From: Promethearchaeota archaeon
Lineage (GTDB): Archaea; Asgardarchaeota; Lokiarchaeia; Sigyniarchaeales; SOKP01
DNA length: 64,000 nucleotides
Direction: 5' to 3'
Assembly: GCA_016839705.1 (NCBI GenBank)
Contig: JAEOTR010000048.1
Coordinates: forward strand, 24,779-88,778
Shown here piece by piece: positions 20,556 to 29,528 of the stretch. A program made the position numbers and the translations under genes. The first letter of the stretch is position 1. Each line of letters starts with the position of its first letter. A model generated the notes under the pieces. It did no database searches. It was not told the DNA's origin and saw nothing but the letters and a program-made list of their open reading frames with translations.

Positions 20556-21287
20556 TTATTCTCCGCGCATAATCTTTTTCAAACGGTTAAGCTCATCGAG
20601 CATCTCATCACGAAGAGAGCTTAAACCACCCCCCGTTTGAGGGGCTGCTGCTGCCGGAGGTGCTCCAGGTGTTTGAGGTGGACTAGCTGGAGGTGTGGCT
20701 CGTGGACCACTTGGAGGTGCGGCTGGTGGACCACTTGGTCTTTTCGCGAACGCAGGAGTTGCTGTTGGAGGTATAGGTGGTGCACCAGAGCTTGGAGCTT
20801 TAGGTGGTGCACCAGAGCTTGGAGCTTTAGGTGGTCCCGATGGAGGTAATTTTGGAGCAGGTGGTAGACTGCCGGCTTTCGGTGGGCCGCTAGGCGGTGC
20901 ACTCGGTGGCGCACTAGGAGGCCCTGCAGGAGCCTTAGGCGGGCCACCACTAGTAGGAGGTACTGGTGCTGCGGTTAGTGATGCTGGTGCTGTTGTTGGT
21001 GCTGCTTGGCTTTCAGCACCCCCACTTAAAAGAGAAAACAAAGTACTAGCTGCTGCAGTTTTGGCGGTCCCCGATGATGAGGCAACAATCTTTTTCGAGG
21101 AAGTACTAACAGTTTGGACGTCTTCTCCAACAGTAATTTCCTTTAAGTCTTTTTGGGCTTTTGATAATGACTTGATAAAATCATTAATTCCTTTAACTGT
21201 TTCTCCTAAGTCATCAGCGAGGCTAGTTAAGCCTTTTTTCATAAAATTAATAACACGTTCGATCTTTTTTTGTTCTTTTGAAACCAC
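20556..21287 (-). CDS. coiled-coil / proline-rich / C-terminal amphipathic helix (WH2- or VASP-like) protein
   Basis: N-terminal heptad helix, a ~125-aa P/A/S/G tract, and terminal GGGLSSLRDEMLDELNRLKKIMRGE. GTG start preceded by GAGGA. Confidence 0.75.
   Translation of the reverse strand: MVSKEQKKIERVINFMKKGLTSLADDLGETVKGINDFIKSLSKAQKDLKEITVGEDVQTVSTSSKKIVASSSGTAKTAAASTLFSLLSGGAESQAAPTTAPASLTAAPVPPTSGGPPKAPAGPPSAPPSAPPSGPPKAGSLPPAPKLPPSGPPKAPSSGAPPKAPSSGAPPIPPTATPAFAKRPSGPPAAPPSGPRATPPASPPQTPGAPPAAAAPQTGGGLSSLRDEMLDELNRLKKIMRGE
20774..20835. repeat. 27-bp tandem repeat (2.3 copies) encoding PPKAPSSGA
   Basis: taggtggtgcaccagagcttggagctt twice, followed by taggtggt. Confidence 0.9.
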
Positions 21288-21710
21288 GTCTCACTCAATT
21301 CCTCTGATTATGTTGTAATTATGATTATAATTTTTATTATTAGTATTTTAATTATATTAATATCTATATATATAATAGACTTTTTCGTAATTTACTTATT
21401 GATATTTTTTTTTAAAATTTTTTTTTATAATTGCATTATAATTGTTTGATTATAAAAAATTATGTAGGTTTCGTATTGAACGTGTGATATTCATAGATAA
21501 AAAGAGAAAAAGCGATATTATTCGTAAATGATTTTTTAATCCCTCCTTAAATGATTCTTGAAACTACACAGTTTCCCAATCGTAAAAAAACGTTAATTAT
21601 TAAAAAACCTAAACTAATAATATTATATAACATATTTCATTAGTAAGTTTAAAAATTTTAAAAAATTCAATCCTCCAAAAATTCTTCAGAATTGAATAAA
21701 TATAAAATAG

Positions 21711-21986
21711 GTGTTCAAAATACCAAAACGAGAACTTTTTATTAAGCGGGTCTATGAGATCGTCAATGAGCTTAAAATCCCATTAATTGATGAGAGAGTA
21801 TATGACAAAGTAAATTTCAATACGGGAGCTTCAATCGCTAACGTAATTTTTAGATTCGAGGAAGATGAGTCAGTAATCCGAGGGTTTCTTGGTCTTGCGG
21901 AATATTTTCACACTGTGGTGATCAAGAAAAAAGACGAGTTCTATATTCCGCATGCTTCAATTTTATTTCGTTTGCTGAGCGCATGA
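21711..21986 (+). CDS. small hypothetical protein
   Basis: 91-aa ORF with GTG start after AATAG, protein-like composition, followed by a T10 tract. Confidence 0.7.
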   Translation: MFKIPKRELFIKRVYEIVNELKIPLIDERVYDKVNFNTGASIANVIFRFEEDESVIRGFLGLAEYFHTVVIKKKDEFYIPHASILFRLLSA

Positions 21987-21998
21987 GCGCACAAATCA

Positions 21999-22008
21999 TT
22001 TTTTTTTT
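21999..22008 (+). terminator. oligo-T archaeal terminator candidate
   Basis: T10 run 12 nt after the stop of 21711..21986. Confidence 0.45.
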
Positions 22009-22036
22009 ACTTTATTTTATGTTATAGCTCTTTATA

Positions 22037-22747
22037 TTATTTCATTGAAGAAATGTAGAATTTTGATTTGTTAATAATTTCTATTACTTCTGATTCTGGA
22101 ACATCATACCAATTCTTGTAGGCGTCAGCAACTGCGAACCACATTACATCTCTAATATTTGGGCAAAAAATTTCGTTTACTTTAGTCTTAATATTGTTTA
22201 TAGTTCTCAAGGGTGCTGTCGGAACCGCAATAAATATCTTAGCAGGATAATATTTTTTAATCATATTAATTGCTGCTAGCATCGTAAAACCTGAAGCTAA
22301 CCCGTCATCTAGTATAAATATATTTTTGTCCTTAATGTTCTGTATATAGAAATCTTCCAAATTATCCTTCTTTCCATAATATTTTAATCTTTCCTTAATT
22401 TCCTTCTTAGTTAACTCGATAGAATTTTGTACTGCTTGCTCTGATAAATTTAGACGCGACAGAAGTTGTTTATTAATTAAAATAGTTCCATCTGTGGTTA
22501 CTGATCCAAAGCCCGCTTCAGTATTATAAGGGATCTTTATTTTTCGAACAATAAGTATGTCATAATTCAAGTTATAACGAGAACAAAAACCTTCGCTAAC
22601 TGGTACACCACCATTTGGAATTGAGAAACAAAAACATTTATCTCTATTTTCAACAATAAAGGTATGTAATTGCTTATTTTCTTGTAAAATGAATTCTGCT
22701 AGTAATTCCCCCGCTTTAATACGCGACGAGTATTTAACAAATTTCAT
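22037..22747 (-). CDS. type I phosphoribosyltransferase family protein
   Basis: PRPP-binding ILDDGLASGFT, IPNGGVPV, VRKIKIP, AVPTAP. Confidence 0.88.
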   Translation of the reverse strand: MKFVKYSSRIKAGELLAEFILQENKQLHTFIVENRDKCFCFSIPNGGVPVSEGFCSRYNLNYDILIVRKIKIPYNTEAGFGSVTTDGTILINKQLLSRLNLSEQAVQNSIELTKKEIKERLKYYGKKDNLEDFYIQNIKDKNIFILDDGLASGFTMLAAINMIKKYYPAKIFIAVPTAPLRTINNIKTKVNEIFCPNIRDVMWFAVADAYKNWYDVPESEVIEIINKSKFYISSMK

Positions 22748-22938
22748 TCTTGCTCTTACTATAAAATATCAAAAGATCTCATATAAAAATTACAGTTTGA
22801 AGACTGTATAAAATTAGATTATCATCTTTATTAATTATTGAATCAATTGTTCAACGTAACTTTAAATATCCGAATTTGAATAATATTTATAACATTATAA
22901 TTTAATAAAATAAATCCAAAACCTTAATTGAAGGAATT

Positions 22939-24606
22939 ATGAGGAAAAATAAACGTTTAGTTGTTTTATTATTGCCTTTATTTCTATTGCTTCCTTTTAG
23001 TAATTATGCCAATGCGCAGACTCCTAGTTATGTTGGTGTTGCCGCAGGAGAACAATATACTTGGAAAGCTAGAATAAATTTTGGGAATGTTGATGAGTTA
23101 TTAACTAATGCTAGAGACGTTTTAGTTGATTGGAAAGCTAATCTGCCCTCAATTGATTTAGGTGGATTAGAATCAATGACAGTTGAGGATATATATCAAG
23201 AAATAGCAGAAGTGTATTTATCTTATGTACTTCCTACTGGTTGGGAAAGTATGAATATAACCGATTTAATTACAGCAACATTTGTGGATTACATTGAGCA
23301 ATTTAATGCAACCTTTCTTTCAGGGATGATACCCTCTAATTGGCTAACCCTAAACTTTACAGATTTTTACAATCTAGCAGTAGAAGGAATTAATGCTACA
23401 TTATATACGCCTGGTTGGCATGATAATCCGCTCCCAGAATTATATAAGTTGGCTATTAACGAACTTAACTCTACTATTTTATATGGGCTAATTCCTGCTG
23501 GTTGGGAGGCTATGACTATAGAGGACCTTATCGGAACCCTTTTGAAGGCGAATGCTCCTCCATTAGCGGAAAGTTTTGTAGTTAATATGATGATTGATGC
23601 AATGTTGTCTTTAGGCATTCCCGCTGACATGTTAGATGATACAATAAGCGATTTGATAGATCAATTAATGGCGATGTTACCTCCTATAAATGCTACTGAT
23701 TTATTTGATGGAATCTTTTTTGGAATAAATCAAACTATACCTGGTATTGAATCAGAAAATATGACATATGTTCTCGATATGCTTGGTGAAACGGTTAATA
23801 TGACAATGCCCACCGGATATGGTGCACTTAATATATCCACCTTACTCGAAACAGTAATCGAAAATGATCTTATTGAGATACTTTATCCCCCAGAATTGGC
23901 GGGTATGACATATGTAGAATTATTAAATATGTCTTATACCCAAGCTATAGATGCACTTAATACCGTTATAATACCAGAATGGATCAATATGTATACAGGG
24001 CTTCAAGGGATGGGGATGACAAGTTATGAAGTAGGATTAAGAGTAAAAATAAATACTATAGGAACGGAGATTGAGGCATACCCTGGTGGTCCAAAAGGTG
24101 TCCCTATTACCATGAATTATTCCATTTCCATGGATTTTGAAGAATGGATAGATTTATCGACATTCATCGGTTTACCTGGTGGTTTTAGCCCACTGACGAT
24201 TTTTTTCGGTTATACAATGTTTTTTCCAGGAACAATTACTTTAAATCCTTATATTGTTGATCCATCTACATATTCATTAACCCAGACAGCATTAACGGAT
24301 CAAGCAGTCTTTACTGGAGCTTTAATCGTAGCAAATAATTATGATTGGGGGACTGTTCAAACTGATATTATAATGCCAACAACTGGAAATGCTGATGCTA
24401 TTACAATGTCATCAGCTTGGAATACTAAGGGTGTTCTAAGCAGTGCTTCTGTAAAAGCAGACGGACTGGTAGTCGCATCAATTACATTAGTTGGTGCAGG
24501 GGGAGAAATCCCGGGATATGAAACTCTGATTGTTCTGGGTGTCGCCAGCATTGGATTAATCGCAATAATTTACAACATGAAAAGGAAAAAAAAATTAATT
24601 AAATAA
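22939..24606 (+). CDS. exported cell-surface protein with IPGY (Loki-CTERM-like) sorting signal and internal repeats
   Basis: Signal peptide MRKNKR-hydrophobic-ANA; many N-x-S/T sequons; C-terminal IPGYE + TM + KRKKK. Confidence 0.8.
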   Translation: MRKNKRLVVLLLPLFLLLPFSNYANAQTPSYVGVAAGEQYTWKARINFGNVDELLTNARDVLVDWKANLPSIDLGGLESMTVEDIYQEIAEVYLSYVLPTGWESMNITDLITATFVDYIEQFNATFLSGMIPSNWLTLNFTDFYNLAVEGINATLYTPGWHDNPLPELYKLAINELNSTILYGLIPAGWEAMTIEDLIGTLLKANAPPLAESFVVNMMIDAMLSLGIPADMLDDTISDLIDQLMAMLPPINATDLFDGIFFGINQTIPGIESENMTYVLDMLGETVNMTMPTGYGALNISTLLETVIENDLIEILYPPELAGMTYVELLNMSYTQAIDALNTVIIPEWINMYTGLQGMGMTSYEVGLRVKINTIGTEIEAYPGGPKGVPITMNYSISMDFEEWIDLSTFIGLPGGFSPLTIFFGYTMFFPGTITLNPYIVDPSTYSLTQTALTDQAVFTGALIVANNYDWGTVQTDIIMPTTGNADAITMSSAWNTKGVLSSASVKADGLVVASITLVGAGGEIPGYETLIVLGVASIGLIAIIYNMKRKKKLIK

Positions 24607-24609
24607 TCC

Positions 24610-24619
24610 TTTTTTTTTT
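24610..24619 (+). terminator. oligo-T terminator candidate
   Basis: T10 run 3 nt after the stop codon at 24606. Confidence 0.45.
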
Positions 24620-24673
24620 ATATTTTGTTTTATTTTTTTATGTCATTTAAAGATTTAAATTATCAGAATTCTT

Positions 24674-24946
24674 TTGTACATTATGGAGTTAGAAATAGCA
24701 GTATTGTTTATTTTTTTCATTATTCTAATTCTCTGGGAAATCAAGGCTGATTTTGTATTACTAATATTTGGATTTGCTGCCTATTTATTCCTTTTATTCT
24801 ATATCGGATCATCCGATCCTTTAGGAAGTATTATTTCAATAATAGACTTTCTTATCTTTAATCCATTGGGATTATTATTATTGATAGTTCCCTTAGGATT
24901 ATTCGGTGTATACAAATATAGTAAAAGAAAAAATAATAATGTCTGA
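24674..24946 (+). CDS. small membrane protein
   Basis: Three hydrophobic segments and a basic C-terminus; ATG at 24683 is an alternative start. Confidence 0.55.
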   Translation: MYIMELEIAVLFIFFIILILWEIKADFVLLIFGFAAYLFLLFYIGSSDPLGSIISIIDFLIFNPLGLLLLIVPLGLFGVYKYSKRKNNNV

Positions 24947-24987
24947 GAATATAATCTCTCCTTAAATTTCAGCTATTTTGTGTAAAA

Positions 24988-26619
24988 TTATTCTAGTTTT
25001 TGTATTTTCCTTAAGCCAAGAAGTATTATTAAGAATGAGAATCCTGATGTAATGGCTAAATTAATTAGGAGAATATACATTAGTCCTAAGGAATTATTCA
25101 TTGTTTCTGGAGCAAATGGTATAAAAATAATAAGTGCTAGAAAAAAAGACACTACCTGTAAAAGAATTACAAAATAGCTGATTAAATAGGCATGTTTACC
25201 CCGTTCTTCGAATAAGGGATTAAAGCATTGTACTCCAATTGCTTGTAATTGAATTACAAAACAATATACCATAAAGGTAATAAAAAAGATTAGTGAATAG
25301 ATTATTTCTAAATGAAATAGTAACGTGAAAATGAATGTAAGGAGGATATTTAAAATCAATATCAAATAAAAAACTTCATAGATATAAGAATAGACAAGTG
25401 CTTTTACTCCTCTTGGAGTACTTTTGTATTGGAATACTATTTGTTTGGAATCAATAAAAATATGTAACCCCATTAATACACCAAATAATAACCCCCCAAC
25501 CCATGATACAATAATTACGACTAATAGTTTAAGGTTTAGAATATCATAACCTGCTAAAGTAGGATTTTCAAGAGAGAAAATTATTATTACGCCAATAACA
25601 GAAATTAGTGCCCCGATATAAATTATTTTAAAAAGATTCTCTTTTTTCCTTAAAAATTGCTTAAACTGTGTAGTTATTAATCCTCTCCACTTCTGAGGAG
25701 TAATTTTTCTTATTAATTTATAGAATCTTCCTTCTTTTTTATTAATAAAAACCTCATTTTCAGTGTATCCTTCAAGAGTGTAAAACGTATCTGCCTTTTT
25801 ATACGAAAGATATAGGATTAAAAAAGGAATAATGATGCCTAAAGAAATATTCGCTATAACAAACACATAATTGGATAAAGCATTAAAAAGATTTAAGGAT
25901 GGGTCAATTCCAAACAAGATTACATTTGAATACCAAAAAGAAGGATATAACATTAACCACATTCTATATACTGGATTAGATAAAATAATATCAAAAAAAA
26001 ACCGTAACATGTAAAACAACGCAATTACGATAATTGACAATAGGAGCAAGAAAGTCTTACCTAGATCTTTAGCAACTGTACTTTTGGTCATCTTATTTTC
26101 AAGCAAATTAGCTAGAATCAACCCAATTAAGAAACTAAAAGCCAGTAGCATAAATAAACTTAAATAAATAACAATATATTGGAAAAAATTCAAAGTTTGT
26201 ATTTGGTTCAATAAACTGATAATAACAGGTCCAAATCCTAAAATAAGTAAAAAATAAAATATTAACTTTCCTAGAAATTCACCAAGAAAAATATCTCCAG
26301 GTTTGATGGGAGACGCTAATAACATCTCGCTATGCCCTATTTCTGCCTTTCTATAAAGGTTATAAAGGGGATATATCAGAATAATTAAAAAAAAGGATGT
26401 AAAAAAATATTCTATAAATTTAACTGAAATAGAGACATACTCACTTGGGATATCTTGGGCAATATTAGATATTATTATATCAAATGTACTTGGCCCTAAG
26501 TAAAATCCCCAATATAGAAAAATGGCATATATTACTACCATAAATAATGCCCGATTTTTTCGATACCGATACGTCTTTAAACGAATTTCATGTTTTACAA
26601 TTTTTTTCCAAAGGCTCAT
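24988..26619 (-). CDS. ABC-2/exporter-type permease-like polytopic membrane protein
   Basis: Two halves; LLASPIKPGDIFLGEFLGK motif typical of ABC-2 permeases; ~12–14 TM helices. Confidence 0.7.
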   Translation of the reverse strand: MSLWKKIVKHEIRLKTYRYRKNRALFMVVIYAIFLYWGFYLGPSTFDIIISNIAQDIPSEYVSISVKFIEYFFTSFFLIILIYPLYNLYRKAEIGHSEMLLASPIKPGDIFLGEFLGKLIFYFLLILGFGPVIISLLNQIQTLNFFQYIVIYLSLFMLLAFSFLIGLILANLLENKMTKSTVAKDLGKTFLLLLSIIVIALFYMLRFFFDIILSNPVYRMWLMLYPSFWYSNVILFGIDPSLNLFNALSNYVFVIANISLGIIIPFLILYLSYKKADTFYTLEGYTENEVFINKKEGRFYKLIRKITPQKWRGLITTQFKQFLRKKENLFKIIYIGALISVIGVIIIFSLENPTLAGYDILNLKLLVVIIVSWVGGLLFGVLMGLHIFIDSKQIVFQYKSTPRGVKALVYSYIYEVFYLILILNILLTFIFTLLFHLEIIYSLIFFITFMVYCFVIQLQAIGVQCFNPLFEERGKHAYLISYFVILLQVVSFFLALIIFIPFAPETMNNSLGLMYILLINLAITSGFSFLIILLGLRKIQKLE

Positions 26620-27980
26620 TGTGCTTTTTTAAATTTACCGATATGATCTCTTGAATCATAAAAACCTAATATACATATGGATATCAAACCTATTATCGTA
26701 AAAACAAAAATTATAAGAAATTCAATATCCCATCCTCTTACTGAAGTAATTAATATTTCTTTTATTACCTCTCCTGAGCCACCTTTAATTTTAACTTTTA
26801 ATATATGTTCTCCATAAAGCTGACTATCGATATCCCTTTCCCATAATGGATCACTAGCATTAATGTTTATTAATGGTGCCCATTTCGTAATTTGAGTTTC
26901 ATTATTACTACTATAGAGAGAAAATTCAACGGAATTTATCCCGTTGGGATCCCAAGCTAAAACTCGTATTTTATTTTTACTTTGAATTATGGGAATTTCA
27001 CTTGAAGGATATGTAATTATCCCTTGTGGCCATTTCCCCACATTTTCTATTGACATTGAGAGCTGGTTGTGATCTAAAGAAATTATTCTATAGGTGCCAC
27101 CATTTAGGATAAAATTACTTGTAGTAATTGTGAGAAAGTTGTCTTCTTTATGAAAAGAATTAAAGTGTACGTGCCCAGATAAATAGTACGATACATCAAA
27201 TTCTTCATTTAAATCAAAGAAGGTTTTACCGCTAGAGCTTAAGTTAGAGTTAATTAAGAAGGGTGGAGGATATTTATGAGGATGATGTCCAAAAACAAAA
27301 ATTCTATTAAAATTTCGATATTTTTCTAATTCCTTCTCATACCAATCTAATTCCGTGGTGTTTAAAAACCCAAATAAAGCAAACTCGTACAGGTTATATA
27401 AATTTTTAGCAGTATTAATTCCTATGAATGCATAATTCCCAAATGAAAAAGACTTGTTAAATGAGTATTGTAAAGTATTGTAACTGCTCCCAATCATTGA
27501 ATAGTTAAGATAATGATTATATCCGGGATCATTTGCGGCATCATGATTCCCAACGAGATCAATGTATATTGATGAATTCATATTATTATCTTTTAAAGCC
27601 TTCTCATATAATTTCCATTCTTCTACGTCTTGTTGGGCGCCATTATTAGCATCAACTAAATCTCCAGTATTGTAGATGAAAAGAGGATCAATTGCTTGAA
27701 ATGTTTCATTCAATAATTGATAAAAAAGAGCGATACTTTCATTCGCAGACCAGATAAACTGAGTGTCTGTGATATGTATAAACCAAAATAGTTCCTGCTC
27801 ACTATAATCTATACTACCTTGATTTGATGTTTTATATTTGTCAAAACTTGAATTATGGGAATTTTGTGAAATAAAATTAATATCTGAAACAAGATACGGA
27901 GATAATATCAAAAATAAATCTATTCCGTTAAATATTAAGATGAAAATTATGATAAATCTTAAATTCTTTTTCTTTTTCAT
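26616..27980 (-). CDS. membrane-anchored calcineurin-like metallophosphoesterase with Ig-like domain (TMEM62-like)
   Basis: HITDTQ, TGDLVD, GNHD, FGHH, LSGHVH motifs; YRIISLDH...GKWP...IRVLAW; N- and C-terminal TM helices. Overlaps the downstream permease by 4 nt. Confidence 0.8.
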   Translation of the reverse strand: MKKKKNLRFIIIFILIFNGIDLFLILSPYLVSDINFISQNSHNSSFDKYKTSNQGSIDYSEQELFWFIHITDTQFIWSANESIALFYQLLNETFQAIDPLFIYNTGDLVDANNGAQQDVEEWKLYEKALKDNNMNSSIYIDLVGNHDAANDPGYNHYLNYSMIGSSYNTLQYSFNKSFSFGNYAFIGINTAKNLYNLYEFALFGFLNTTELDWYEKELEKYRNFNRIFVFGHHPHKYPPPFLINSNLSSSGKTFFDLNEEFDVSYYLSGHVHFNSFHKEDNFLTITTSNFILNGGTYRIISLDHNQLSMSIENVGKWPQGIITYPSSEIPIIQSKNKIRVLAWDPNGINSVEFSLYSSNNETQITKWAPLININASDPLWERDIDSQLYGEHILKVKIKGGSGEVIKEILITSVRGWDIEFLIIFVFTIIGLISICILGFYDSRDHIGKFKKAQ

Positions 27981-28390
27981 TTTGTGGATTTATTTATATT
28001 AAGCAACTTATATCTTAAAGGCTTAATTTGAATTTTGGTATAAATAGTTAATTAATTTTTAAAAATTCTTTGTAGGCTATGTTACAAATAAAAAATTTGG
28101 TTGATGAAGAATAATAAAATGAATAAAAAGATATAGTATACATTTTAATCAAAGAAATTACCATAATATAATCCAAAATAGCTTCAATATAATTTTATTA
28201 ATAATCATCTATGCTTAGAAACTTTATTTATTGAATAAACTTATGTTCCAATTCTAATAAAAAATTTTATAAATTAGGTTTACCTAAATAAATATGTATA
28301 ATAAATTTTTAATGCATTTCACCATACAATATTATTAAAAATGTTAGAAATGAGTATTTTAAATTCAACAGAATCTGATGAGGATGGCAT

Positions 28391-28945
28391 ATGGAGTCTC
28401 AAGATTCTAAAGGAAAAATTATCAAGGAAACCTTTCCTTCAGAAATTATTTCTATCGTTGGCGATATCCTCGCAGGAATAATCCTATCCTTTTTAATAAT
28501 ACGTTTTGCTAGTTTTTTAGTTTTAATACTAATGATTCCGGCTCTATTGTCCCTAAGAGGTAATTTGAGTGGTCCGTTCATAGCTCGTACCTCTCGGGAC
28601 TTAGTTATTGGTGCATTTTCTAAAAGGACTTGGTTCGAAAATGTTCTTGCTACCTATACCCTCGCTCTAATCACCGCAGTTTTTATAGGTATTTTCTCTA
28701 TTATCTTTAATTTAACGATTTTTAAGTTAACTATTCTCCCCATTCAGTATTTCATTCTTATCCCGATAATATCAATTATTTTAACATTATCTATTTCAAT
28801 TCCTTGTTCCGTAGGATTAAATTATTTAGCTTTTAAAAAAGGATTAAATCCAAATAATGTCGTAAATCCCGTGATGACGGCTATTGACGATTTTTCTACA
28901 GTGTTATGCTTTTTTTTAACGATTATAATGTTGGGGGTGCCATGA
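28391..28945 (+). CDS. MgtE-type divalent cation transporter membrane domain (1)
   Basis: IPALLSLRGN and GLNPNNVVNPVMTAIDD motifs. Confidence 0.85.
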   Translation: MESQDSKGKIIKETFPSEIISIVGDILAGIILSFLIIRFASFLVLILMIPALLSLRGNLSGPFIARTSRDLVIGAFSKRTWFENVLATYTLALITAVFIGIFSIIFNLTIFKLTILPIQYFILIPIISIILTLSISIPCSVGLNYLAFKKGLNPNNVVNPVMTAIDDFSTVLCFFLTIIMLGVP

Positions 28946-29497
28946 TTGAAATACTTCTTAAAAATTTTCAAGGAATCGATAATAATTGTTATTATATCAT
29001 CTTTAATGGGTTTAATCTCGGGAACATTACTATCTTTTAATGAAAATCTACTTTATACAGTTCCTATAATGCTCTTGATATTGCCTGCATTGAATTCTTT
29101 AATTGGGGATATTTCTACAGTTTTAGTTTCACGGTTAACAACTCATTTATACTTAGGAACCCTTCAACCTAAAGTTCAACGATCCGAAAGATTGAAAGAA
29201 GATTTTTATGGTTTGCTAATAACTCTTTTGCTAAGCACAATAGTTTTAATTATTTTAGGATTTGTAGTCAGTCTGTCTTCAGGAATTCAAATTGTGAGCC
29301 CTTTTATAATTATCTTTATATTATGTTTTACTATACTCTTAATTTTTGCTATAATGTTTATATTATCATTTGTTAGTGCGATAGTTTTATTCAAGCGAGG
29401 GATGGATCCAAATAATTTTCTTATACCCTTTATTACATCGTTAGCTGATTTCCTTACTCCCCTTTTCTTAATTATATTCATATTAATATTTATCTAA
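28946..29497 (+). CDS. MgtE-type divalent cation transporter membrane domain (2)
   Basis: LPALNSLIGD and GMDPNNFLIPFITSLAD; TTG start directly after the upstream TGA. Confidence 0.85.
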   Translation: MKYFLKIFKESIIIVIISSLMGLISGTLLSFNENLLYTVPIMLLILPALNSLIGDISTVLVSRLTTHLYLGTLQPKVQRSERLKEDFYGLLITLLLSTIVLIILGFVVSLSSGIQIVSPFIIIFILCFTILLIFAIMFILSFVSAIVLFKRGMDPNNFLIPFITSLADFLTPLFLIIFILIFI

Positions 29498-29528
29498 AAT
29501 TTTATATAAAATCAAATTTATATGAAAC

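Noticed and set aside
20774-20835. 27-bp repeat as a mini CRISPR array
   Set aside because: No spacers, an in-frame coding repeat, and no cas genes.
20621-21318. Overlapping ORFs 20695..21318 (+, Gly-rich), 20637..20849 (+) and 20621..20950 (-)
   Set aside because: Antisense or alternative-frame shadows of the GC-rich Pro codons of 20556..21287.
21976-21991. TGAGCGCA duplicated across the TGA stop of the 91-aa ORF (possible readthrough or target-site duplication)
   Set aside because: Only 8 bp, followed immediately by a T-tract; no SECIS-like or mobile-element evidence.
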